Below, in pieces: positions 11,608-23,386 of a DNA stretch of 64,000 nucleotides. The stretch's first letter is position 1. Every line of letters begins with the position of its first letter. The DNA comes from Azolla caroliniana. Taxonomy: Eukaryota; Plantae; Polypodiophyta. The translations under genes and the position numbers were made by a program. The notes under the pieces were generated by a model. The model did no database searches, was not told where the DNA came from, and saw only the letters and a list, made by a program, of their open reading frames with translations. The stretch spans positions 9,920,001 to 9,984,000 of the forward strand of contig JBHGNT010000002.1 of assembly GCA_043228905.1 (NCBI GenBank). Direction: 5' to 3'.

Positions 11608-14600
11608 GCAAGCTCACGAAACCCATGTTCATATCCTATGTGCTTCTCGCCATACAACACTTTTTTCATAGTAGGTTATCCCATGCCTATCGACCTTATT
11701 GTTCCCTACACATGAATTGCAAAGGTTCTTTTGGCTTTTTGGCCTTTTGTAGGACTTCAAACCCTTTTGTCATCTTTTTTGCATTCGCCAAGCATTGGGC
11801 TCTATGGACACTCCCAACCTATTCATAACCAGAACAATTTTGGGCAATCAACTTTCAATCCAGATCATTTAGGCTTTCTCTCAAGCAATCCCTTTATGCT
11901 TGTTGTGCCTCCCCTAACATTGTTGGGCATTTTTCTTGCTTCTTGTTTTAATGTTTCTTATCCGAAATGTTGTAACAATATTTATGGGGTGTGTGTGCGC
12001 GCGCTTGTGTTTAGATTAGATCTTTCTTACTTGAATGTATGTGTGTGTGTGTGCGTGCGCGCGCGCGTGTGTGCATGTTTATTTCCATGTTGTTTTGTGG
12101 TTTCCTTTGATATCAATGTATATGTTTTGCACACTTAATTATGATTCATGGCATTTTGGTTCCAAGGATTGACAAGAGGGGGTGTCAAATTACAAACTCT
12201 CCATCCAATCAACCACTCTTGAAATGTAGTGTGTCCTTTGGCCATGATCTTCATGTGAGTGGTGCATACATAACCGTGATTTATAGATAGAGCTTTAGCA
12301 TTTTCCACTCATGGTGCAATTATGCTAAGGATTATGCATATATTTATAACACACTCAAACACATAATAGTGTGATTGTTTAAGTGTGTGCATCATTAAGG
12401 TAAATGGCATATGATAGACATGTTGCGATCTCAACACATTGCAAAACATGTATCTAATATGTTTAGGCACATACTCATTCTTTCCTCATCTAGACGTGAC
12501 TAAGAATTTCATGCTACTTAGTTGCCCTATGTCATCTCCTACAACAAAAGTCAACAATCAATTACCTCCATGGTAAATGATAAGGAAGAAATTGTGTGCT
12601 TAAAGTTGGACACTCATGAAGTATGAAAGAATTGTGTGATATATACCATTTAAGGGTATGGACTTTATACACAAATTAGTGCACATATGCTTGGAATCAA
12701 ATGAAAGAAAAAGCTCCATGGAGAGGCCTTGTTCCGTTGAGGAGGAAATAAATAGCACTAGCCTTTGTTGTGTATAATATGCTTTGAGAGGTTAAAAACA
12801 CGTACTATAAATGTCTCACACTACCGAAGGGGTGGCCCTATGGTTGCAAAGGTCCTTTCTTAAAGGATAAGCGCTTCAAGACATTACTTGCAAGCCGAAG
12901 TGAGGCAATAAACAGAGGGAAATTGAATGATAAATGCATGACACTTTGTCCAATACATGATTATTAAGACAAAAGAAAAAGACATTGATTTGCTTTTGAG
13001 TCTTTGAGTTTCATAGAGTGGAAGAACTCTAGCACAACAAAAGATTCTGTATGTGAACGATGTCATAATCGAGCCTCCCCATTACAATAAGTTGAATCAA
13101 GTTGTTCATAGGTATGTACATTTAGGTAAACATTGTCTACAATTATAAAAATTGACGGGAAAGCCATGCATGTATATGTTGCACACCATTGTTACTTTAA
13201 TCTAAGACTTCCAATACTTTAGGTCTCTCTCTCACATGCGTAGAGGCACAATGATATATGCATATACATGCATATATAGCTCTTTTTGAGCATCGAAAGG
13301 CCTTTTTTATCATTTTATTCTTTGCTTTCATTGTCCATGTCTTCCTTTACTAATGGTTGTAATGGAACTCTCCATCATGTGGTCCTCACCCACCACCTTC
13401 ATTAGATCCATAAATACTTTATTGATGGATAAGTGAGAAAAAGAAACAAGGGGTTGATTTCAAGAAGGAGTAACCTGCATATCAAATGAGAAACGATCAA
13501 CAAAGGAATGTGTGCTTTTTCAATAATTACATATGCATTATTCATAATGAATCGAATTTCCAATTGACTACAGTTGTGTGAGTAATCTTCATGTGAGGAC
13601 TTGCATCTCACGCATTGTACAACATATTGATACTTCCCAATGATCAATAACATAAGACGCCAAAATTGCTCTATAATCATTGACTTGAAAAGGTTTTCGT
13701 ATTTCTTTTTAGATGTGTAAATCATGGATAGGTAAATATTGGGTCATGCGATCGACACTTTTTCAACATCAAACTTCAAGGCCCCAGTTTTGTGCTTATG
13801 CTCTCATTTATGTTAGTCCTATTTGGATAAAAGTTATGCCCATTAATTATATATTATGAGATGCCATCTCACAACAAAATTGTAATTACACAAAAATGTT
13901 AGGGTTTTGGGTGTGCATTGTACACACGCAAGACTAAAGAAATTAAAGATAAGACATATCCCTATGGTAGGATCCCACATGAAAGAAATGCCATATTTTT
14001 TTTCAAAAGTACAACAAAGTATACAAAGTGGTCTTATTAGACTCTACCAAGTGCTCTTTGGAATAGTCTAGAGACTCACATAAGTGCACTTGGAGGGATA
14101 GTGGGTCTAGGCTCTAGAAAGTGGGTTACTTTTCAACTGAAATGCATACATCATCTATCGGAATTATGAAAAGAATTATGTCATCGACACCACACACTCG
14201 AGGAAAACTAAAGTAGCCGAACATTTATCTTTCTCCCAATATCTCCAAAGGAAACATTGACTTCTTCTCAAAAAATAAGTAGCAAATATAAGTGTGTGTG
14301 ATAATGGCCGAAACTTCTTTATAGATTTCATGCAATATTATTAATGGTTACGGCTATTAAAAATTGTCAAGAGTTCATGTATTTTGCCTCCATAATAGGT
14401 TGCCTTGATTGTTACACACAAGAAAATTCTTCCTTACATATTTCTCTATTTCTGCATACAACCCAAGAGTTGGCGATGTAAACTTTCCTCTATTTCATTT
14501 AAATTGGTTGTAAGTAGATGGAAAATGTTTTGTCATATGTGGGAATACCTTACATTTTCAAGAGTTCAATTAATTGTTTTCTGCAACATTTCATGATTTA

Positions 14601-14727
14601 AAGTTATGATTAACAACACATTTTAATTTAGGTCAGTATGGCTTAACTTATAGATCAATATGTTTAGAGGTTCCAAATGTTGAGGTTGTGACTAAAAAAA
14701 TAATACGTGACATGATGTAAGAGAAAT

Positions 14728-15039
14728 ATTATAAGGGTGATTCATTACCAACTTGGATAATTCTGTTGGGTTAAAAAGAAGACCTTTGGGGATGATAAAT
14801 AAAACATTATAAGGTTGATCATTACCGACTTGGATAATTCCGATGGGTAAAAAAGAAAACCTCTAGGGATGATAAATAAAACATTATAAGGTTGATCATT
14901 ACCGACTTGGATAATTCCGATGGGTAAAAAAGAAAACCTCTAGGGATGATAAATAAAACATTATAAGGTTGATCATTACCGACTTGGATAATTCCGATGG
15001 GTAAAAAAGAAAACCTCTAGGGATGATAAATAAAACATT
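14728..15039. repeat. 77-bp tandem repeat, 3 identical units + 1 diverged unit
   Basis: CATTATAAGGTTGATCATTACCGACTTGG... at 14805, 14882, 14959 (spacing 77); diverged unit from ~14728. Confidence 0.93.
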
Positions 15040-16123
15040 GCAATCATCACATTGTTCCTAGTAGTGCACAATGATAGGGCATATGTGTATGTAAGGCTGA
15101 AAGTATGAAAAGATCGAGACCTCTTTATATAAGCAACGATAACTTAATGGTTGTCAACTAAATCTTCGGCCGAATTAAAACATTTTTGCATAGGTCTTTG
15201 GTGTCATAATGCACCACGAGCCGAGCCTTAGGACTACCACTTTGGTAGGGTTCACGCACAAATCATAGAAAAATTCACTTGAAAACCAAAATGCTTTTAA
15301 TACATTAAAAGTGTTTATGTAGATAAGTTCGAAAGGTAGTCAAATAAATTTATTTCCAATCTATGGTTTGTCGTCATTATATCTAGACATTTCATGCTTG
15401 ACATGTAGATTTTTATTTGAATTATATAAGATTTTGACTTAAAACCCTATCAAAAACAAGAATTATTCTTCCGAACTTTACTATGATGTTTCGAAGTGTC
15501 TTTCTCATATACAAAAGCAACATTTCCTATAATGGTTCCCTCGTATTTTGTTGGAACTCTCTACATCTATATATTTTCATGCATCGTTCAAATGAGAGAA
15601 ATGCATATATGTATAACAATCAAGAAAAAGTGAAATATAGATCTATATTCATCCAAGTTTTCAAATGTAAGTCAAGTTCCAAAAACCTAACACTTTTGAG
15701 GACATTAAAGAAGTGCATCGTGTATTGGATCAACAAAGGGTGCATGTATATCTCATCAAGCTGAAGAACCCACCTAGTTATGATATGATTCTTATCTTTT
15801 GTTAATTTATTACAGCACTTGGATTTGATAGCCGAGGAAGACTTTGTGAAAGTTCTAAAATTGGAAGCTACATTACCTTAGGATGACATTTTGTTGCGAT
15901 AGATGTGATTGTGGAAATAAGCCTGAAAGAACACAACTTATGAGATCCCAATGTCATGGAGAGTTTATTTCTTCATGCTCATGCAAGTACAATGGGGCAA
16001 AAATTCATTGTTTTCTTCTTTCAACAAAACCAATTCTTGTTACCCATGAACATGTGAGGGACACTATTTACTACACATATCTTGTAGACTAGTTAGTTGT
16101 TCCCTAGGATTATGCGGGGAGTG

Positions 16124-16554
16124 TCACTTCATTCACATGTTCTCTTTATTAGAGATTCCAAATGAGGATGTAAGTAAAACAAACTCTTTTGTATCGTTTC
16201 TCCTTTCATACAAGAGTCTCTACGAGCATGTGAGGGCATTGTTGTCAATCACAAAGCATAGTAATGTCATCGTGGAACCCATTTAAGGATTGATATTTTG
16301 TTGAGTTATAGTAGGGGGAATTTTCACACATGAAGCATCACTTCATTCACATTGTCTTCTTTATTGGAGATTCCAAATGAGGATGTAAGGAAAACAAATT
16401 CATTTATATCGTTTCTCCTTTCATACAAGAGTCTCTATGAGCATGTGAGGGCATTGTCGTCAATCTCAAAGCATAATAGTGACATTGTAGGAACAAATTT
16501 AAGGGTTGATATGTTCTTGAGTTATAGTGGAGGAAATTTTCACACATGAAGCAT
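16124..16554. repeat. ~215-bp direct tandem duplication, 2 diverged copies
   Basis: TCACTTCATTCACAT..GAGATTCCAAATGAGGATGTAAG at 16124 and 16338; both end CACACATGAAGCAT. Confidence 0.88.
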
Positions 16555-17299
16555 GCCCTTACTTTCATAGTTAACTCATTGTTACCGCTTAGGAATATCA
16601 CAGTAATAGGGTAGGATTGGATATGAATGTCGCTCATCCACACCTCAACTTGTTCATCCTCAACATGTCCTCTCACTTGACCCTCACGTATCCTCTATCT
16701 AATGACACTCATTTTTTTGTCTAATCTCCTCCATATCTTCTCATGCTCTTGTATGTCTATACATATGCACAATCACTTGTATGCTTCTCTAACACTCATA
16801 ATAGGTTGATCTACTTTTGGAGCCAACATGCAACCATATTTGTGAGCCCATTATGAGATGATGTTTAGTTCGTTTTTGTGATCCCTGGGTCAATTCTCAA
16901 CAAGCAACAACGAGCCCCTCGAGGTAAATGTTCATCGTCATATGCATTCATGGGCCAATGTTTCATTTACCTTTTCAAGCTATTTCTAAATCGATGTTTT
17001 GTATGCCATTTTAGCTAGTTGATAGTTTGCCTACATTCATTTTTGTGAGCCCTCTTCAAGACAATACTTTGTCAACCACATTTTTGTGATGTTTCTATAG
17101 ATTGATGTTCCATTCATCTTTATGAGTCCTCTCTTAGTTGATGCTACCGCTATTTGATTTATCCCATCTTTTTTATCTAGTCAAACATTTTTCTTATTTC
17201 AATGAGCTCTATCTATGACATACAAGGCCATTGTTTTGCTTCTTATATGATATTTCTCCACGACCTTTCTCATCTATTTGTATTGTACATAAAATAAAA

Positions 17300-17638
17300 A
17301 AATAACTAGAACTAATATAACATAAGTTTTTACTTGTATAATGCGAGGATTACAAAATCTAGAAAACTATCATAAGGCTATTTGGGCACACTTTCATAAA
17401 GAAGTGCGTTTAAATGTGCAATCTCCACAACAAAAGATATGTCTCATCTTATTGATCATATTAGATTTGATTTCTTATATATTGTGAAATGCACATAAGA
17501 GATCAAAACCAGCCCACTTAGCTTCTTACTTCTTGCTCAATTTATAGTTGATACAAATGTACCCATTTGGGTTGGCTTAGCTACATGCATGCTAAAAGGG
17601 TGGCACAAAGGAACACATGCACACCACATTTCCCCCCT
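17300..17638 (-). mobile_element. Possible PPT + start of an old 3' LTR
   Basis: Minus strand reads AGGGGGGAAA then TGTGGTGTGC at 17628; left boundary is a guess. Confidence 0.35.
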
Positions 17639-17749
17639 AAGAGAAACAAGGAGGTTTACTATTAGAGTTATGATCTAACGTAAGCATATGATAAGGATAT
17701 AAGATAGATAGATAGAAAGGAGAGAGAGAAAGATGGGTGCCGATCCACC

Positions 17750-19000
17750 CGACCACCCCACTTTGAGATCCTTACGCGACCATGCTCTATATTTCTCACT
17801 TTGTCCAGTTTCATGATACAATATCATTTTAGAGTTGACAATCTTCACACTAGCGTCTTTGCTAGATGTTTTGATCACATCCTTCGGATCCTGATGGTTC
17901 GCTTGGCCATCGTCATCCCTTGTCCTACTTTGCTCAAACTCTTTGTTGTATGCATTAGCTTTTGTCTCTATGCTTTGCTTGACCTCTTCCTCCCACACAT
18001 CAACTTCAACCCTTGCGTCTTCATCGTCATTGTCCTTCTCTTGGGTCTTACATCGGTTAATGCCCAAGTCTCCAGAACGAGTTTGGAGAGATCCATATGT
18101 ATTTGTCGGCCACTCCCGAACATTGTTATTTGCAGCAGCTTAGACCTTCGCTTCCCTGCCATCATCTTCTGTCTCTTGGGTCTCACGTTGGCTTTGAACC
18201 ACAACTGCCCAAGTCTCTAGAACATGTGCGAAGGAATCTGTTTGTCTTTGGTCAATTGGCTTCGACACCTTTGTCTTGATGTCATCTTTCACATCAGATT
18301 TGAACTCCCCCTTGTTGCCACCTTCCGTCTCTTGGGTCTTATGTTTGTTCTCGGACGCAACTGCCCAAGTCTCTGGAACCAGTGTGGGGAAAGTCTTGTC
18401 ACTGCCATCATTCACCATTGACTCGTCCATATCTATCTTCGCCTTGATGTTGTGCACACCATCTTGGTCCTTCCCCTTAATACCACCTTCCATCTCTTGG
18501 GTCTCATGTTAGCTCTCTACAACTACCCAAGTCTCCAGAACTTGTGTGAAGGAATCCTCGATGCGGCCATCTGCCTTTAATTCTTCCATAGCCACCTTTG
18601 ACTCGATGTCATTTTTCGTGGCTATCTTTTCAATCTCATGGACCTTGTACCCATTGACTCTCTTGATTGAGCAACCTTCGATTATGCTTCTCTCTTCGTC
18701 ACATGTATTCGTTTCGACCTTCGTCTCCTCGCCAACACCTTCCATCTCTTGGGTCTCAGATTGGTTCTTGGACGCAATTGCCCAAGTCTCTAGAACAAGT
18801 GTGGAGAAAATCTGGCCATGGTCGTTGTCAACGCTTGTTGTCTTGTTTATAGTCATCTCCTTGATGTCGTCTTTAGCGGATAGATCCTCAATTATGCTAG
18901 CCTCACACTCTTTATCTCCCTTAATGCAAGCTTCGATTAAGGCTTGCTCCTTCATCATCCGTTGTTTCAAACACGATGCGTGTCCTGAAACATTTGTCCC
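17750..19000 (-). mobile_element. Element F: internal fragment of the non-autonomous 'ETWA-repeat' family (relative of element E)
   Basis: Translations (IFSTLVLETWAIASKNQSETQEMEG, ETNTCDEERSIIEGCSIK) match ORF 56108-57241; GTGGGGTGG PPT-like tract at ~17752-17761. Confidence 0.8.
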
Positions 19001-20440
19001 ACACTAACAATCAATCCAATCACGACACTCCAGAGGAACCAGAGGAGGAGGTGGAGCAGACACCAACACCGTAATAAAAAACCAAGACATCGACACTGCC
19101 AGAAGAGGAAGTTATTCCGAGGCCAACACCACCGACAAAAGAAGTTATACCGGTGCAAACAACGTCGGTTACGATAGAACGTGCTGATGAGGAAGACACA
19201 ATGCCATACCCATATTCCAGATACAATGATGAGCCGGACACTGAGGTACACATTTGGGCCTTCCTGATGATGTGGCAAGCAAGTCACGTTTCCCAACAAC
19301 TTTTGGAGCTAGAAGCAAAAAAATCGAAAATTGCTGAGTTTGGGTTGTCATTGGACGGGCATGCCATGGGGTGGTACTCACAACACAACCTCGGGGATTT
19401 TTCCACATTTTGAGACGTGTGGGAAGACTTCGTGCGGTTGTTCCATTGGCAAGTCGCCCAAAGAGAATTAATCGGATGATTTTATGCCACCTATCAGGAG
19501 GCGAACAAAACTGTGCCACATTTCATTATAAGATTTTAGAATCTTCATAGATAGTTGACACAGGCACCCCCAATAGATGAAGTAAAGGAAATATTTCTGA
19601 CGACTCTACAGGAGCCACTCCGAACTACACTGACGGTTTTGGATTTCAAAATGAGCACCATCGATCAAGTAATCAATAGAGTGCTCGACATGGATCAGGC
19701 CTAGAACTGCAATAATATGTTGATGGGGGCATTGCAAAAAGCATTGCCCAAGGAGGAGGACCTGTGGTTCCGACAAGTAGTACAATGCACAACTTGCCTG
19801 AACCCGAGCCATTCAAGCCTCGAATGCACGATGTGAACACACCGTGTCCTGTGCCACTCAAGGGCACATACAATAGATCGGTGTGAGTACAATCTGCTCA
19901 ATCACCAAGCAGCACGTATATGCCACATCGAGCCCGTGAGGATCGGTGGCTAGAGGAAGAGAGGTTCCGTCGAGAGGACCAATATGGCCCGGATGGAAGA
20001 TTCTGGTATGATGACATCTGAAGGAGAGACGAGTGTCCATGAGACCGGTACGATTGAGATTACTCTCCAGAATATGATCAAAGGAGAGAAATAGAGAGAA
20101 GGTACCTTGACCGACAGGGGTACTATTACCAATACTGTAATAATCACGCCCGTCGTAGAAACCACAATCGGAGGAATGAGTACCGGGACCAAGAGCAGGA
20201 TTACCAACATGGCCTAGACACTAGAAAGGCATTGCCAGAGGGTGGAGTAGTGCAACTAGAACAAAGGAGGATAGATGAAATAGCACAAACAGTTTTCGGA
20301 ATGCAACCGGCAGGGATAGGCAAAGGCGAATCAAGTGGACTAAGAAAACGATATTGTTACTTTTGCAGGCAGGAAGGGCACTATAGCAGTCAGTGCAAGG
20401 TCAAGGCCAAGGAGAAACAACCGGCAATGAATATGATCAT
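19001..20440 (+). pseudogene. Decayed gag of an A/B-family Gypsy
   Basis: MPYPYSRYNDEPDTEVHI..KSKIAEFGLSLDGHA and CYFCRQEGHYSSQC zinc knuckle parallel element A gag; stops and frameshifts. Confidence 0.85.
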
Positions 20441-21011
20441 TGACTTTAGTACGAAAGACCACAACTTCTGACTGTAGTCGTTAATGAACGTTATGAAGTA
20501 CTGTCCACCTCGATGCGATGGAGCATCTACATAGCACACATCGGTGTGCACTAGTTCCAGTGCAGCTTCTCTTCTCCTTGGTGGTCTTGTGTGGAATGTA
20601 ACTCTGTTTTGCTTTCTGACCAGGCAGTCGACACACTTCTCCAAGTGTACTCCTTTGACTTCTAGGAGGAGTTTCTGGTCGTCTAGTATATGCATCCCCT
20701 TTTCACTCATGTGGCCTAGTCTCTTATGCCATAACTCTCCACTTGAGTCGGCTGCCATGTTTGCTTCCGACTTGCACAGTTTGGCTTGCATCATATACAA
20801 TATGCCCTATTTTTGTGCTCGAGCCACTATGAGGTTTCCTTTGCAGAACTTCCACTTGCCATTTCGAAAGCTACCACTATAGCTTTCGTCGTCCATCCTT
20901 CCAGTTGATATCAAATTTAGCCTGATATCGGACACGTGTCAGACATTCTTCAGGATCAACTGACAACCGGTCGACTTTTTCAGGCATACATTTCGGACGC
21001 CGACTATCTTG
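20441..21011 (-). pseudogene. Copia protease end / GAG-pre-integrase / integrase start
   Basis: KIVGVRNVCLKKSTGCQLILKNV*HVSDIRLNLISTG..LWHKRLGHMSEKG..LELVHTDVC. Confidence 0.88.
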
Positions 21012-21604
21012 TGATGAGAATCGATTAGGCCACAACCAGTTTCTCTTTCTAATATTTGGGTGCAAAGAATCGAGATAGATAGTGCTTAGATAGACAAGAA
21101 AACAAGACCACAGAAAACGAGAGAACATAGGGACACTAGATGTTTTGCCATGAAAAACCCGAAAGGGAAAAAACCACAGGGGTCCACAAACCTGAAGAAA
21201 CGAATCACTATATGTAGAGGGAGGAATACACGGAGACTTGGAGGCAAAAACCTTGAGTCGTCTTTGTCGAATGACAACTATAGAGTTTCTCTCACACTAA
21301 CTCTCACACTCTCTCTATCACTCTCAGTTACTGAGGCAACTACGCATTGTGTAACTATACAACAACAAATCAACTACCCTAATGATACACAATCATAAAG
21401 TTTTCGCTAGTTGTATTTATACTTATACAACTTTCTGGCTATTTACAGATATAGCCCACATGGGGCACATTTAGATTATTTACAAATATAGTCCCTCAAA
21501 TCAGTTATATAATCGATTTTCGATTTCGGCCTTGGCCAAATTACTCATCGACTCCATCCGATTCGACTCTCACTCTCCCATCCGGAGGGACATGTTTCCC
21601 AACA
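21012..21604 (-). mobile_element. Copia-type solo LTR inserted in the Copia protease region
   Basis: Minus strand TGTTGGGAAACATGTCCCTCC...CTCATCA; ends resemble LTR 33307/22640; host frame VKMGDNGE..|..KIVGV resumes on both sides; TSD not recognisable. Confidence 0.72.
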
Positions 21605-22611
21605 TTTCCACTCACCATTATCTCCCATCTTTACATAGTCATGGTCCCCGGCTGTGTAAGTCGAGAAACACGCTCTCGACAGAGTTATATGGAAGGATGC
21701 ATCTGAGTGGATTACCCAGGTACACTCTTCATTTGCAAGATTTGTGCTTGCCTACTCACAAATGACAAGATCTCCTCTTCACTTGTGGCTATGGCTGATG
21801 TGCCCTTCTCCTAAGAAATCTTTCTAGGTTCGACATCCTTTGAGGCACCTTTGTCCTTCTTAAGGTGTTGACAATCTTTCTAGAAGTGTCCAGGCTTTCC
21901 ACAATTGAAACATTTGAGCTTACCTTTGGATTTGGATTTGACATGGGATTTGTCCCTCCTTTGTGGACTTCTCTATCTGTTCCTTCCTTTGCCGGAATGT
22001 TGAGTCAGGTTTGACTCTGACTGGGACAAGACACCCTTATCATTCCTTCTCGTCTCCTCGTTCAAGATACTTGTCTTTACCACTTGCAAATATAAGTTTT
22101 CTTCTGGGCATGAGGTGCTGAGAGTCACCACCAGGTTCTTTCAGCTGTCCAACAATGTGCACATCAGCAACATGGCCTACATAGCATCATCATAGGGAAA
22201 TGTGGCTACTGCAAGTTGGTTCACATACCCCATGAATGTGTTGATGTGCTTGCCTATGCTTTCTCCATCTCTGTATTTCAGCCGTACTATCTTCCTCATC
22301 AAAGATGTCTTGTCCAGGGCATTCTTCCTCTCGTACAACCCTGACAACTTCTGCCACATCTCGTAGGCATTTGTGTTGTTCGCCACATGCTGAAGGACAC
22401 TAACATCTACGCAGTGTTTGATGGTGGCTATTGCCTTCCTATTGAGGAGTTTCCATTTAGAATCTAATACCCTTGTGGGTATTTGTTCTCTATCGTTGAG
22501 ATCATATAGATATTTGACGATGAGAAGATCCTCCATTTTGATCTTCTAGTCTGCGTAGTTGTGTGAGTTCAGGACCATCATTCTTAGAAAACCACTCACA
22601 CCTCCTTCCAT
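21605..22611 (-). pseudogene. Copia gag and protease start, disrupted
   Basis: ATG 22611 MEGGVSG..NSHNYAD*KIKMEDLL; ORF 22177-22536; CFNCGKPGHF zinc knuckle; DASFH protease-like motif. Confidence 0.82.
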
Positions 22612-22624
22612 CTTTCACTTTGTC

Positions 22625-22636
22625 GCTCTGATACCA
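22625..22636 (-). promoter_or_regulatory. Primer binding site, initiator tRNA-Met (Copia)
   Basis: TGGTATCAGAGC 3 nt from the LTR-terminal CA (22640). Confidence 0.9.
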
Positions 22637-22915
22637 CTTTGATGGGATCAAATCATAGATCTATGAGAAAGTTGTATAGAAAGGCACCACATGGAAACAG
22701 AAAACAGCAAATGACAGAGAAATTACACAGAGTACACAGGTGTTACGTGGAAACCCCAAATGGGGAAAACCACGGGAACTGAGATTCCACTATATAGAAG
22801 TATACACGAAAGAGTAAGTTACAACACTCTTTTGCATAGAGTGTATTAGCCAAACAAGGCTCTTACCATCTAGACTCAACAAATGACAGAGAAATTACAC
22901 AGAGTACACAAGTGT

Positions 22916-23333
22916 TGTTACCGGCCGGCAAGGAGTCCAAAATACGGAGTGAAGGAATTAATTAAGTATGGTTGTAAATAAGCATAGTGTGGACGGACGG
23001 ACTGGAAACGGTATGCCGTTCCAGATCCGGACGGATCCCGAATGGGTGCGATAGGCACCGTTTTGTACTACGGGCCGGAAACCTATTTAAAGGCCCGGAC
23101 CCCATTGTAATCGAGCGGATAATTAAGAGAGAATATGGTGTTTATACTTCTGTGTTGATTTCCGTTCTGTACTTACTATTATATCTTACGCGTGTAATTA
23201 ACAAAAGCGATCTAATCGTGTAACCTACTTAAGTCGGTGTAATCGTTGAGTCATAATCCTATGCCGTAATCACCCTTTGGTGAAGTGTCTCCGTGACACC
23301 TTGTGTTAGGCCTTGTCCGGTCAGAGAATAACA
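22916..23333 (+). repeat. Element A 5' LTR
   Basis: Near-identical to 32317-32734 (5 substitutions counted by eye); TATA-like CTATTTAAAG at ~23083. Confidence 0.96.
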
Positions 23334-23339
23334 CAGTTT

Positions 23340-23350
23340 TGGCGACCACG
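23340..23350 (+). promoter_or_regulatory. Element A PBS (tRNA-Arg, UCG/CCG-type 3' end)
   Basis: TGGCGACCACG 6 nt after the LTR; complementary to ..GTGGTCG-CCA ends known for plant tRNA-Arg (from memory, not searched). Confidence 0.7.
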
Positions 23351-23386
23351 ATTCCTGCTTTCTCGCAGCGAACGACGGCTTAATGG

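Noticed and set aside
11073-12138. Long ORFs upstream of ARR-B
   Set aside because: Products of GA/TG/ATGT simple repeats; no domain-like content.
12150-14700. Coding or transposase remnants
   Set aside because: No recognisable motifs or termini.
14728-15039. CRISPR array or snoRNA cluster
   Set aside because: Units are contiguous without unique spacers, the context is eukaryotic, and no proper C/D box pair is visible.
22987-23223. 78-aa ORF duplicated at 32388
   Set aside because: Lies within the LTRs and starts at GTG; duplication is explained by LTR identity.
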